The notes: a model not told the origin generated them from the sequence alone. DNA of 32,000 nt from Delftia acidovorans NBRC 14950 (GCF_001598795.1 NZ_BCZP01000001.1:180001-212000), one strand, 5' to 3'; counted from the first letter of the stretch, positions 18,149-26,797 are shown. Numbers and translations are program-made.

Positions 18149-18179
18149 TCAGGCCTTCCAGCACCCGGGCGCACCTCAC

Positions 18180-18542
18180 ATGAACTGGCTCCAACACATC
18201 CCCGTCGGGCTGCAGACCGTGGTCCTGCTGGCCATGAGCAATGTCTTCATGACGTTTGCCTGGTATGGGCACCTGAAGAACCACGCCTCGTCGCCCTGGT
18301 ACGTGGCAGCCCTTGTCAGCTGGGGCATTGCGCTGTTCGAGTACCTGCTGCAGGTGCCTGCCAACCGCATAGGCCACACGCAGTTCAGCGTGGCGCAGCT
18401 CAAGATCATCCAGGAGGTGATCACGTTGTCGGTGTTCGCGCCTTTTGCCGTGCTCTACCTGAACCAGCCCCTCAAATGGGACTTCCTCTGGGCCGGCCTG
18501 TGCATGGTGGGCGCGGTGTATTTTATTTTTCGCAGCGGCTGA
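18180..18542 (+). CDS. Small DMT-superfamily membrane protein (DUF486 type)
   Basis: MNWLQHIPVGLQTVVLLAMSNVFMTFAWYGHLKNH...FSVAQLKIIQEVITLSVF... 120 aa with 4 predicted TM helices. Internal start within track ORF 18033..18542. Confidence 0.8.
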   Translation: MNWLQHIPVGLQTVVLLAMSNVFMTFAWYGHLKNHASSPWYVAALVSWGIALFEYLLQVPANRIGHTQFSVAQLKIIQEVITLSVFAPFAVLYLNQPLKWDFLWAGLCMVGAVYFIFRSG

Positions 18543-18684
18543 CAAGGCGGCGCGCCGGCGCGCAAAAACGCGCTTGGGACTCAAGGGTACACTTCGCCCC
18601 GTTCAAGCCGGGAAGCCATGCCAAGCATCCGCAATGTGACGCAGTGAGTCGCCTGGTTCCCACTTTTCCCGGTAAGGAGCATTC

Positions 18685-19332
18685 ATGCTTTTTGGCAAAC
18701 TATTGCCACGCGAAGGCAATTTCTTCGAGATGTTCAACCAGCATGCCGACCGCATCGTCGATGCCGCGCATGCCTTCTCGCAGCTTGTCGCCAACTACAA
18801 CGATCCTCATCTTCGCGAGAAGTACAACGAGGACGTGAACAACGCCGAGCGTGCCGCCGACCGCGTGACGCATGACGTCACCAAGGCGCTGCACAAGACC
18901 TTCATCACGCCGCTGGACCGCGAGCACATCCACTCGCTGATCAACACCATGGACGACGTGGCCGACCTGATCCAGGACTCGGCCGAGACCATGGCGCTGT
19001 ACGACGTGCGCCACATGACGGATGAGATCACGCGCCTGACCGACCTGTGCGTGCGCTGCTGCGAGCGGCTGCGCGATGCGGTCAAGCTGCTGTCGCGCAT
19101 CTCCGATCCATCGGTGGTGGACGCGGCGATGAAGACCTGCGAGGAAATCGACCGCCTCGAATCGGACGCCGACCGCGTGATGCGCTCGGCCATGAGCAAG
19201 CTGTTCCGCGAAGAGCCCGATGTGCGCGAAGTCATCAAGCTCAAGGCCATCTACGAGCTGCTGGAGACGGTGACCGACCGCTGCGAGGACGTGGCCAACC
19301 TGATCGAGGGCATCGTCCTCGAGAATTCCTGA
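18685..19332 (+). CDS. DUF47-family protein (PhoU-like, Pit accessory protein)
   Basis: MLFGKLLPREGNFFEMFNQHADRIV... is all-helical, with the DUF47/PhoU-like repeats TPLDREHIHSLINTMDDVADLI and ETVTDRCEDVANLIEGIV. TAAGGAG SD. Sits immediately upstream of a PiT transporter, the usual pairing. Confidence 0.85.
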   Translation: MLFGKLLPREGNFFEMFNQHADRIVDAAHAFSQLVANYNDPHLREKYNEDVNNAERAADRVTHDVTKALHKTFITPLDREHIHSLINTMDDVADLIQDSAETMALYDVRHMTDEITRLTDLCVRCCERLRDAVKLLSRISDPSVVDAAMKTCEEIDRLESDADRVMRSAMSKLFREEPDVREVIKLKAIYELLETVTDRCEDVANLIEGIVLENS

Positions 19333-19354
19333 GCCCTCGCGGAGTCGTTTCGTT

Positions 19355-20365
19355 ATGGAATCCGTACAAGCGGCCCTGTGGGTCGTGATCCTGCTGGTGG
19401 TGCTGGCCTTGCTGTTCGACTTCATGAACGGCTTCCACGATGCTGCCAACTCGATCGCCACCGTGGTCTCCACGGGCGTGCTCAAGCCCACGCAGGCCGT
19501 GGCCTTCGCGGCCTTCTTCAACGTGGTGGCGGTCTTTGTCTTCCACCTCAGCGTGGCGGCCACCGTGGGCAAGGGGATCGTCCAGCCCGGCATCGTGGAC
19601 ACACACGTGGTCTTCGGCGCCCTGGTCGGCGCCATTGCCTGGAACGTGATTACCTGGCACTACGGCATCCCCAGCAGCTCCTCGCATGCGCTGATCGGCG
19701 GCATCGTGGGCGCCGTGATCGCCAAGGCCGGCGCGGGCGCACTGATCGCCAGCGGCATCTGGAAGACCGTGGCCTTCATCTTCGTCTCGCCGCTGCTGGG
19801 CTACCTGCTGGGCTCGCTGATGATGGTGCTGGTGGCCTGGATCTGCCGCCGTGCTGCTCCCAACCGGGTGGACCGCTGGTTCCGCCGGCTGCAGCTGGTC
19901 TCCGCCGGCGCCTACAGCCTGGGCCACGGCGGCAATGATGCGCAAAAGACCATCGGCATCATCTGGCTGCTGCTGATCGCCACCGGCTATGCCAATGCCG
20001 GCGACGCGGAGCCGCCGCTGTGGACCATCGTCAGCTGCTACCTGGCCATCGGCCTGGGCACCATGTTCGGCGGATGGCGCATCGTCAAGACCATGGGCCA
20101 GAAGATCACCAAGCTCAAGCCTGTGGGCGGCTTCTGCGCAGAAAGCGGCGGCGCGCTGACGCTGTTCTTCGCGACCTTCCTGGGCGTGCCGGTCTCGACC
20201 ACGCACACCATCACGGGCGCCATCGTCGGCGTGGGCTCCACCCAGCGTGCCAGCGCCGTGCGCTGGGGCGTTGCAGGCAACATCGTCTGGGCCTGGGTGC
20301 TGACGATTCCTGCCAGCGCCTTCGTGGCATCGATTGCCTACTGGATCAGCCTCCAGCTGTATTGA
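19355..20365 (+). CDS. pit: Inorganic phosphate transporter, PiT family
   Basis: Duplicated PiT signature: FDFMNGFHDAANSIATVVST at the N-terminus and GHGGNDAQKTIGII in the second half. 336 aa, polytopic. Confidence 0.92.
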   Translation: MESVQAALWVVILLVVLALLFDFMNGFHDAANSIATVVSTGVLKPTQAVAFAAFFNVVAVFVFHLSVAATVGKGIVQPGIVDTHVVFGALVGAIAWNVITWHYGIPSSSSHALIGGIVGAVIAKAGAGALIASGIWKTVAFIFVSPLLGYLLGSLMMVLVAWICRRAAPNRVDRWFRRLQLVSAGAYSLGHGGNDAQKTIGIIWLLLIATGYANAGDAEPPLWTIVSCYLAIGLGTMFGGWRIVKTMGQKITKLKPVGGFCAESGGALTLFFATFLGVPVSTTHTITGAIVGVGSTQRASAVRWGVAGNIVWAWVLTIPASAFVASIAYWISLQLY

Positions 20366-20380
20366 GCTAGAGCCATCGCT

Positions 20381-20415
20381 AAAAAGAAAGACCGCCAATG
20401 GCGGTCTTTCTTTTT
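20381..20415. terminator. Bidirectional rho-independent terminator between pit and the TM2-domain gene
   Basis: AAAAAGAAAGACCGCC-AATG-GCGGTCTTTCTTTTT, a perfect long palindromic stem with flanking A and T runs. Confidence 0.9.
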
Positions 20416-20432
20416 AGGAGAGGCATTGCGCA

Positions 20433-20939
20433 TCACTGGGAAATCTTGCGCGCTTCCTCCACCTGGTGCTCGAAGTAGTGCTGGAAGCTGTAGGCAATGC
20501 TGGCCATGAGCACGGCGGCACCCAGCATCAGGGACAGCGCAATGGCAAAGATGGTTGACCAGCCCGTGCGCCCGGCCTGCGCCTGCACGTCAATGCCGGG
20601 GTTGTGGCGCCGGTTCCAGGCTTCGGTGTCGGTCAGCCCGTAGAGGATGGCACGCAGCGCGCAGCCGGCGATGGTGAAGCCCAGCAGCGGAATCAGCAGC
20701 CAGCTGAGCTGGTCGTCCTGCCCCAGTTGCTGGACGCGCTCGATGCCGTACACGCCCAGTGCCGTGGGCACGGGCAGCAGCCAGCCCAGCCAGTCGCCAA
20801 AGCCATGCAGATAGAAGCGATGCAGCCCCAGCGGCCCGCCGACAAAGGCCAGCCAGGTCGTCAGGGTCTTGCTTTTGGAGCGCGGAGCCCCCTGCTGTGC
20901 TTGAGTGGGCTGAGGCAATGGCGTGCTGGGTCGGTTCAT
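20433..20939 (-). CDS. TM2 domain-containing membrane protein
   Basis: TM2 signature TWLAFVGGPLGLHRFYLHG, followed by additional TM helices. 168 aa. Confidence 0.8.
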   Translation of the reverse strand: MNRPSTPLPQPTQAQQGAPRSKSKTLTTWLAFVGGPLGLHRFYLHGFGDWLGWLLPVPTALGVYGIERVQQLGQDDQLSWLLIPLLGFTIAGCALRAILYGLTDTEAWNRRHNPGIDVQAQAGRTGWSTIFAIALSLMLGAAVLMASIAYSFQHYFEHQVEEARKISQ

Positions 20940-20946
20940 GCACCCA

Positions 20947-21471
20947 TTATTCGGGCGAACTGCGGTTGCCGTCTCCCAGGGTCTTCTCCATGAGAACGAT
21001 GTCCAGCCAGCGGCCGAACTTCCATCCCATGGAGCTCAGCGTGCCCGCCGGGGTGAAGCCCGCAGCACGGTGCACGCCGATGGAGCCGGCATTGGCCGAG
21101 TCACCGATCACCGCCAGCAGCTTGCGCACGCCGGCCGCCTCGCATTCGCGCGACAGCGCATCGAGCAGCAGTCGGCCCACGCCCTGGCCGCGCGCCGCGT
21201 CATGCACGTAGATGGAATCCTCGGCGGAGAAGCGATAGGCCGGGCGCGGCTTGAACCAGTTGGCGTAGGCAAAGCCCAGCACCTGGCCCTGTTCGTCCAC
21301 GGCGACCAGATAGGGCAGGCCCTTGGCCAGCACGTCCGCGCGGCGCGTTGCCATGTCCGATTCGGCAGGGGGATCGGTCTCGAACGTGCCCGTGCCGTGC
21401 AGCACGTGGTGGCGGTAAATGGAGGTGATGGCGGCGAGATCGCCGTCCAGGCTTGAGCGAATGGTAGGCAT
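20947..21471 (-). CDS. GNAT-family N-acetyltransferase (phosphinothricin acetyltransferase-like)
   Basis: [21 protein letters not shown]...[75 protein letters not shown] is a PAT/MddA-like GNAT with the acetyl-CoA motif RGQGVG. Confidence 0.85.
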   Translation of the reverse strand: MPTIRSSLDGDLAAITSIYRHHVLHGTGTFETDPPAESDMATRRADVLAKGLPYLVAVDEQGQVLGFAYANWFKPRPAYRFSAEDSIYVHDAARGQGVGRLLLDALSRECEAAGVRKLLAVIGDSANAGSIGVHRAAGFTPAGTLSSMGWKFGRWLDIVLMEKTLGDGNRSSPE

Positions 21472-21493
21472 GGAAAGGGAAGTTGGATATAAT
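21465..21493 (+). promoter_or_regulatory. rpsP operon promoter: TAGGCA, 17-nt spacer, TATAAT
   Basis: Perfect TATAAT at 21488-21493 and TAGGCA at 21465-21470. The predicted leader of about 118 nt begins with stem GTTTTACGGCGT (21499-21510) / ACGCCGCAAAAC (21545-21556), 11 of 12 pairs. Confidence 0.6.
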
Positions 21494-21617
21494 CGCTGGT
21501 TTTACGGCGTGTCGCTGGCCGGGTGGCCATGTCGCGTGTCTCAAACGCCGCAAAACATGTGCAGCCATTCATTGTCTAGTTAATTGTGTGGTGGCTGCGC
21601 CCACCCGAAGGAAAATC

Positions 21618-21872
21618 ATGGTCGTCATTCGACTCTCTCGCGGCGGTTCCAAGGCCCGTCCGTTCTACAACATCGTTGCCGCCGACAAGCGCGTGCGTCG
21701 CGATGGTTCGTTCATCGAACGCCTGGGCTTCTACAACCCCAACGCCCGTGGCGGCGAAGAGGGTCTGCGCGTTGCTCTGGACCGCGTGAACTACTGGAAG
21801 GGCGTTGGCGCGCAGGCTTCCGAGACCGCAGAGCGCCTGATCAAGCAGGCCACCCAGAAGACTGCTGCCTAA
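21618..21872 (+). CDS. rpsP: 30S ribosomal protein S16
   Basis: [78 protein letters not shown]... AAGGA SD. Internal start within track ORF 21483..21872. Confidence 0.97.
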   Translation: MVVIRLSRGGSKARPFYNIVAADKRVRRDGSFIERLGFYNPNARGGEEGLRVALDRVNYWKGVGAQASETAERLIKQATQKTAA

Positions 21873-21893
21873 TTCAGCATCCCTTCTGAAATC

Positions 21894-21933
21894 GGGTTCC
21901 GTTGGCTTGTCTGACGGAGCCCGTTTTTGTTTT
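21894..21933 (+). terminator. Rho-independent terminator/attenuator between rpsP and rimM
   Basis: Stem GGGTTCCGT (21894-21902) / ACGGAGCCC (21914-21922), 9 bp including one G-U, with an 11-nt loop, followed by GTTTTTGTTTT (21923-21933). Confidence 0.7.
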
Positions 21934-22004
21934 CCCCTCTGGATCGCCTTGCACGGATCTGCAACGATCTGCATTGACTGTCCATCTACTGCCTACCGAC
22001 TGCC

Positions 22005-22574
22005 ATGAGCCACATGCCTGAACTCGAAGCCAGCGTCCTGCCTGCCGATGCCGTGGAGGTCGGGCGCATCGCCGATGCCTGGGGCATCAAGGGCTGGTTC
22101 AAGGTGGCCGCCTTCAGCGCCGACCCCGAGGCCCTGTTCACCGCAAAGCAGTGGTATCTGCAGCCCCCCGAGAAGGGTGCGCGGCAGTTCACCGGTACGG
22201 TGCTGCTGCCGGTCAAGCAGGCGCGCGTCCACTCCGATTCCGTCGTCGCCACATCGCCTGTCGTGAACGACCGCAATACCGCCGAGGCCCTGCGTGGCGC
22301 GCGCATCTTCGTGGCGCGCAGCGATTTCCCGCAGCCCGAAGATGGCGAGTATTACTGGGTCGATCTGCTGGGCCTGTCCGTGGTCAACCGCGAGGGCGTG
22401 GCCCTGGGCGTCGTCCGCGACCTGCTGTCCACCGGCCCGCAGACCGTGCTGGTGCTGGCCTATGAAGAGGATGGCAAGGAGCGCGAGCGCATGATTCCCT
22501 TTGTCGATGCCTATGTGGACAAGGTGGATCTGCCGGGCAAGACCATCGTTGCCGACTGGCAGCCCGACTATTGA
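22005..22574 (+). CDS. rimM: Ribosome maturation factor RimM
   Basis: VEVGRIADAWGIKGWFKVAAFSADPEALF...YYWVDLLGLSVVNREGVALGVVRDLLSTGPQTVLVL is the typical RimM/PRC-barrel sequence, in the conserved position between rpsP and trmD. The start could alternatively be ATG 22014. Confidence 0.92.
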   Translation: MSHMPELEASVLPADAVEVGRIADAWGIKGWFKVAAFSADPEALFTAKQWYLQPPEKGARQFTGTVLLPVKQARVHSDSVVATSPVVNDRNTAEALRGARIFVARSDFPQPEDGEYYWVDLLGLSVVNREGVALGVVRDLLSTGPQTVLVLAYEEDGKERERMIPFVDAYVDKVDLPGKTIVADWQPDY

Positions 22575-22586
22575 TCGCCGACCTCC

Positions 22587-23357
22587 ATGCGCTTCGACAT
22601 CATCACGCTGTTCCCCGAGCTGTTCACGCCGTTTCTTGAAAGCGGCGTCACGCGCCGTGCCTATGCCTCGGGCCAGGTCGGCGTGCACCTGTGGAATCCG
22701 CGCGACCATGCCCAGGGCAACTACCGGCGCGTGGACGATCGCCCCTTTGGCGGCGGTCCGGGCATGGTGATGATGGCCGAGCCGCTGCAGCGCTGCCTTG
22801 AGACGGTGCAGCAGGCGCGCCGCGATGCCGGCGAGCCCGGGCCGGCTCCCGTGGTGCTGTTCTCGCCGATCGGCACCACGCTGCGCCATGCCGTGGTGGC
22901 CGACTGGGCGCAGGGGCAGGGCGCAATCTTGCTGTGCGGCCGCTACGAGGGCCTGGACCAGCGCTTCATCGATACCCATGTCACGCACCAGTTGAGCCTG
23001 GGCGACTTCGTGCTGTCTGGCGGCGAGATCGCTGCCATGGCCATGCTGGATGCCGTCGCACGGCTGCAGCCCGGCGTGCTCAATGACGAAGGCAGTTTCC
23101 AGCAGGACAGCTTCAATCCGGCGCTCGACGGCCTGCTCGATTGCCCGCACTACACCCGCCCCGAAGTCTGGGAAGGGCGGGAAGTGCCGGCGCCACTGTT
23201 GTCCGGCCACCACGCGCAGATCGAGCGCTGGCGCCGCGACCAGCGCCTGTCCATCACGGCCAGGCACCGGCCCGAGCTGATAGAGCAGGCGCGCGCCCAG
23301 GGCCTGCTCAACGCCAAGGACGAGGGGTTTTTGGCAAAAAACGTCTCCGGGCTATAA
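22587..23357 (+). CDS. trmD: tRNA (guanine37-N1)-methyltransferase
   Basis: [25 protein letters not shown]...[14 protein letters not shown]...[15 protein letters not shown]...[21 protein letters not shown] is the canonical TrmD sequence. Confidence 0.97.
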   Translation: MRFDIITLFPELFTPFLESGVTRRAYASGQVGVHLWNPRDHAQGNYRRVDDRPFGGGPGMVMMAEPLQRCLETVQQARRDAGEPGPAPVVLFSPIGTTLRHAVVADWAQGQGAILLCGRYEGLDQRFIDTHVTHQLSLGDFVLSGGEIAAMAMLDAVARLQPGVLNDEGSFQQDSFNPALDGLLDCPHYTRPEVWEGREVPAPLLSGHHAQIERWRRDQRLSITARHRPELIEQARAQGLLNAKDEGFLAKNVSGL

Positions 23358-23358
23358 T
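23331..23358 (+). promoter_or_regulatory. Internal promoter for rplS: TTGGCA, 16-nt spacer, TATAAT, overlapping the trmD stop codon
   Basis: TTGGCA 23331-23336 and perfect TATAAT 23353-23358. The trmD TAA is 23355-23357. Same GCTATAATCCG context as the rpmB -10. Confidence 0.65.
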
Positions 23359-23386
23359 CCGCGATTATTCGATCCTCTATCCGGCC

Positions 23387-23442
23387 GCTGCTACGAACAA
23401 AGCAGCCATGGCGCCAATCCCGGCGCTTGCCAATCCTGGCGC
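23387..23442 (+). repeat. rplS leader elements: hairpin GCTGCT/AGCAGC followed by a tandem 16-nt repeat GCCAATCC(C/T)GGCGC, 2 copies
   Basis: GCTGCT 23387-23392 / AGCAGC 23401-23406. GCCAATCCCGGCGC at 23413-23426 and GCCAATCCTGGCGC at 23429-23442. The first unit can fold as GCGCC-AATCCC-GGCGC. Confidence 0.6.
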
Positions 23443-23467
23443 GGACAAGATCGATTGGATGTTGACC

Positions 23468-23848
23468 ATGAATCTGATCCAGATCCTCGAGCAAGAGGAA
23501 ATCGCCCGTCTGAACAAGACCATCCCCCAGTTCGCCCCCGGTGACACCGTCATCGTGAGCGTGAACGTGGTCGAAGGCAGCCGCAAGCGCGTGCAGGCTT
23601 ACGAAGGCGTGGTGATCGCCAAGCGCAACCGTGGCCTGAACAGCGGCTTCACCGTGCGCAAGATCTCCAGCGGTGAAGGCGTGGAGCGTACGTTCCAGAC
23701 CTACTCGCCCCTGATCGCCGGCATCGAAGTCAAGCGTCGCGGTGATGTGCGTCGTGCCAAGCTGTACTACCTGCGCGAGCGCAGCGGCAAGTCGGCCCGC
23801 ATCAAGGAAAAGCTGCCGTCGCGTGTCAAGGTTTCTGCCGAAGCCTAA
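23468..23848 (+). CDS. rplS: 50S ribosomal protein L19
   Basis: [116 protein letters not shown]... Internal start within track ORF 23141..23848. Confidence 0.97.
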   Translation: MNLIQILEQEEIARLNKTIPQFAPGDTVIVSVNVVEGSRKRVQAYEGVVIAKRNRGLNSGFTVRKISSGEGVERTFQTYSPLIAGIEVKRRGDVRRAKLYYLRERSGKSARIKEKLPSRVKVSAEA

Positions 23849-23867
23849 GCACCTGCGTCACAGCTGG

Positions 23868-23900
23868 AAAGCCGCTACAGTCGCCTGTAGCGGCTTTTTT
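23868..23900 (+). terminator. Rho-independent terminator of the rpsP-rplS cluster
   Basis: AAAGCCGCTACAG-TCGC-CTGTAGCGGCTTT with a T6 tail (23895-23900). Confidence 0.9.
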
Positions 23901-23935
23901 GTTGTCCGGCCGTTGCCCATCACAAGCCTTCATTC

Positions 23936-24664
23936 GTGTCCTCACTGCCTGATACCGCCATTCCCGTGCCGACCGGTGGCCCAGCATCCGCAGCCGTGCC
24001 GTCGATCGCCGACCCGCGCATGGCGCAACTGATTGGCAAGGACAGCCACCTGCCTGCCGTGCCCCCCGAAGCCCGCACGCCCGAGGCCCTGCGCCAGCGC
24101 TTTGCGCTGCCGCCCCAGTGGGCTCCCGAGGTGGTGCGTGAGAAGCGCTTCAGCGATCGCCAGCCCACCGATGCCGCCGTGCTCGTGCCCATCGTGCTGC
24201 GCCCCGAACCCACGGTGCTGCTGACCGAGCGCACGGCCCACCTGTCCACGCATTCGGGGCAGGTGGCATTTCCGGGCGGCAAGCGCGATCCGGAGGATGC
24301 CTCTGCCCAGGCCACGGCCCTGCGCGAGGCGCATGAGGAAGTGGGACTGGCCGCCAGCGATGTGCAAGTGCTGGGCACGCTGCCCATCTACATCACGGGC
24401 ACGGCCTTCCTGATCACGCCGGTGGTGGCCCTGGTCGATCCCCGGGCGCACCTCAATCCCAATCCCTATGAAGTGGCGGATGTGTTCGAGGTGCCGCTGG
24501 CCTTCCTGCTCGATCCTGCCAACCATGAGCGCCACTCCATGGTCTGGAACGGCGTGCCGCGCGAATGGTTTGCAATGCCCTACCAGGATGGTGATCGCCA
24601 GCGCTACATCTGGGGCGCCACGGCCGGCATGCTGCGAAATCTTTACCGATTCCTGTCGGCCTGA
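23936..24664 (+). CDS. nudL: CoA pyrophosphatase (Nudix hydrolase, NudL type)
   Basis: Nudix box GGKRDPEDASAQATALREAHEEVGL, preceded by the CoA-pyrophosphatase-type motif LLTERTAHLSTHSGQVAFPGG. Confidence 0.85.
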   Translation: MSSLPDTAIPVPTGGPASAAVPSIADPRMAQLIGKDSHLPAVPPEARTPEALRQRFALPPQWAPEVVREKRFSDRQPTDAAVLVPIVLRPEPTVLLTERTAHLSTHSGQVAFPGGKRDPEDASAQATALREAHEEVGLAASDVQVLGTLPIYITGTAFLITPVVALVDPRAHLNPNPYEVADVFEVPLAFLLDPANHERHSMVWNGVPREWFAMPYQDGDRQRYIWGATAGMLRNLYRFLSA

Positions 24665-24732
24665 TGCCCGGATCGCGGGCCGTGCCATCCCAGGGTCACT
24701 GACCTGTCTGCATGCGCCAGTATGATGGCCGG

Positions 24733-25722
24733 ATGAGTTTCTTTGCCATTCTGATCGCCTTGCTGATCGAGCAGGCGCGCCCGTTGACGCCGGCCAATCT
24801 CGTGCACACAGGCTACAGGGCCTGGACGGTTTCGGTGCGCCGCAACTTCGATGCCGGCCAGGCGCACCATGGCTGGCTGGCCTGGACCGTGGCGGTGGCA
24901 TTGCCCTGCGTGCTGGTGACGGGCATCTACCTGCTGCTGCTGTGGGGCGTGGGCTGGCCGCTGGCCATGGTCTGGAATGTGGCCGTGCTCTATGTGACGC
25001 TGGGCTTTCGCCAGTTCAGCCACCACTTCACACGCATCCGCGATGCGCTGGATGCAGGCGATGAGTATGCCGCGCGCGAGGCGCTGGCTCACTGGCAGCA
25101 GGTCGATGCCAGCGAGGTGCCGCGCAGCGAGGTCGTGCGCCATGTGATCGAGTACTCCGTGCTGGCCGCGCATCGCCATGTGTTTGGCGTTCTGTTCTGG
25201 TTCTCTGCGCTGGCAGCGCTGGGGCTGGGCCCGCTCGGCGCCGTGTTCTACCGAATGACCGAGCACCTGTCGCGCTCCTGGTCGCGCAAGGGCCTGGTGG
25301 GCGGCACCCAGGTCAGTCCCCAGTTGCAGCACACCTCCCGGCTGGCCTGGACCGTGATCGACTGGTTGCCTGCACGGTTGACGGCGCTGTCCTTTGCCGT
25401 GGTCGGCAGCTTCGAGGAAGCCATCGAAGGCTGGCGCTTCCATGCCCAGCGCTTTCCCAACGACAACGATGGCGTGATCCTGGCCGCCACCTCGGGTGCC
25501 ATCAACGTGCGCCTGGGCGGCGAGGCACTCAAGCGCCGCGAAGGCATCTCGGTGACCCGCGATGACGGCGAGGAGATCGATCTCGATGTGGACAGCGAAG
25601 CCACGCCCGGCCGCGAGCCCGAGATCGGCCATCTGCGCAGCGTGGTCGGCCTGGTCTGGCGTTCGGTCGTGGTCTGGCTGCTGCTGCTGGCCCTGCTGTC
25701 GCTGGCGCGTTTGCTGGGCTGA
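24733..25722 (+). CDS. CobD/CbiB-family (AmpE-like) membrane protein
   Basis: MSFFAILIALLIEQARPL...VAVLYVTLGFRQFSHHF...EYSVLAAHRHVFGVLFWF has the architecture typical of the CobD/CbiB/AmpE family. Start chosen at ATG 24733; the track ORF opens at 24712. Confidence 0.75.
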   Translation: MSFFAILIALLIEQARPLTPANLVHTGYRAWTVSVRRNFDAGQAHHGWLAWTVAVALPCVLVTGIYLLLLWGVGWPLAMVWNVAVLYVTLGFRQFSHHFTRIRDALDAGDEYAAREALAHWQQVDASEVPRSEVVRHVIEYSVLAAHRHVFGVLFWFSALAALGLGPLGAVFYRMTEHLSRSWSRKGLVGGTQVSPQLQHTSRLAWTVIDWLPARLTALSFAVVGSFEEAIEGWRFHAQRFPNDNDGVILAATSGAINVRLGGEALKRREGISVTRDDGEEIDLDVDSEATPGREPEIGHLRSVVGLVWRSVVVWLLLLALLSLARLLG

Positions 25723-25810
25723 TCGCTGCGCCGCAGGAGGCGACTCATGCCTGTCTTGCCAGGCAGCAGCCCGCCCTTCCTGATGCAGCCGGGTCGTTGT
25801 TTTGAGGAGG

Positions 25811-26779
25811 TCAGTACTTCTGCGCCTGGCTCAATTCATCGAACAGCTCGGCGTAGATGTAGTAGCGGTTCGCGCTGATGTCGTGGTCGGCATCCATTCC
25901 TGTTTCCTCGTCTTCCACGCGCGGCATGACGGCGCATCCCGGCTCGTGCAGGTGGGTGCAGTTGTAGAACTTGCATTCCTGCGCGTGGGCGCCGATGTCG
26001 GGCATGCAGCGGGGCAGGTCCGTGGGCTCTATGTGGCGCAGGCCGAATTCCTGGAAGCCCGGTGAGTCGATCAGCGCCGTGGTGCGCTCTTCGTCCATCC
26101 AGTACCAGCTGGTCGTGGTGGTCGTGTGCTTGCCGGAGTTCAGCGCCTGCGAGATCTCGTTGGTGGCCGCGCGTGCGCCGGGCACCAGCAGGTTGATCAA
26201 GGTGCTTTTGCCCGAGCCGGACGGGCCCAGGACCAAGGTGGCCTTGCCCTTGAGGTGTTGCATCAGCAACTGCCGGTCGGCCTCGCCTTGGTTGGCCAGC
26301 GACAGCGACAGCACCTCGTAGTGCGGCGTTTCCTGGCCCAGGTACATCTCGCGATAGGGCTTCAGGCGCTCCCAGGCATCGGCGAAGGGCTCGGCCAGGT
26401 CACGCTTGTTCAGGGCGATCAGGGGCTTGATGTGGGTGGCTTCGGCGGTGATGAGGGCACGGGCCAGCTGGCTTTCGGAGAACACCGGCTCGGCCGCGAT
26501 CAGGATCAGCACCTGGTCGATGTTGGCCGCAAAGGACTTGGTGCGTATCTCGTCCTGGCGGTAGAACAGGTTGCGCCGTTCCAGCACCTTCTCTATGGTG
26601 CCTTCCTCGCCCTGGCCGGCGGGTGGCAATTGCCAGCGCACGCGGTCGCCGACCACGGTCTGGCTCTTCTTGCCGCGCGGATGGCAGATGTGGCGTGCGC
26701 CTTCTTCGGTCTCGACCACGCAGTGGCGGCCATGGCTGGAGACGACCAGGCCTTCTCGCAATGCGGAGCGCTCAGCCAT
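25811..26779 (-). CDS. rsgA: Ribosome small-subunit-dependent GTPase A
   Basis: OB-fold N-terminus, circularly permuted GTPase (LNKRDL ... GPSGSGKSTLINLL), and C-terminal zinc motif CKFYNCTHLHEPGCAV. Confidence 0.93.
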   Translation of the reverse strand: MAERSALREGLVVSSHGRHCVVETEEGARHICHPRGKKSQTVVGDRVRWQLPPAGQGEEGTIEKVLERRNLFYRQDEIRTKSFAANIDQVLILIAAEPVFSESQLARALITAEATHIKPLIALNKRDLAEPFADAWERLKPYREMYLGQETPHYEVLSLSLANQGEADRQLLMQHLKGKATLVLGPSGSGKSTLINLLVPGARAATNEISQALNSGKHTTTTTSWYWMDEERTTALIDSPGFQEFGLRHIEPTDLPRCMPDIGAHAQECKFYNCTHLHEPGCAVMPRVEDEETGMDADHDISANRYYIYAELFDELSQAQKY

Positions 26780-26797
26780 GGGATGCCGGGGTGGGAT

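Noticed and set aside
18033-18179. In-frame 49-codon N-terminal extension of the DUF486 gene (MRDVAYWCDEAGFSRKFAQKSNFWKEIEK...)
   Set aside because: The extension lies in the AT-rich repeat region, has non-membrane and atypical composition, and would add a domain not seen in this roughly 120-aa family. ATG 18180 sits 32 nt after a -10-like box.
18543-18684. Pho box (CTGTCAT-N4-CTGTCAT type) upstream of the DUF47-pit pair, and the GC palindrome GGCGCGCCGGCGCGC as a terminator after the DUF486 gene
   Set aside because: No direct-repeat Pho-box-like heptamers were found. The GC palindrome has essentially no loop and no U-run, so it is not a convincing intrinsic terminator.
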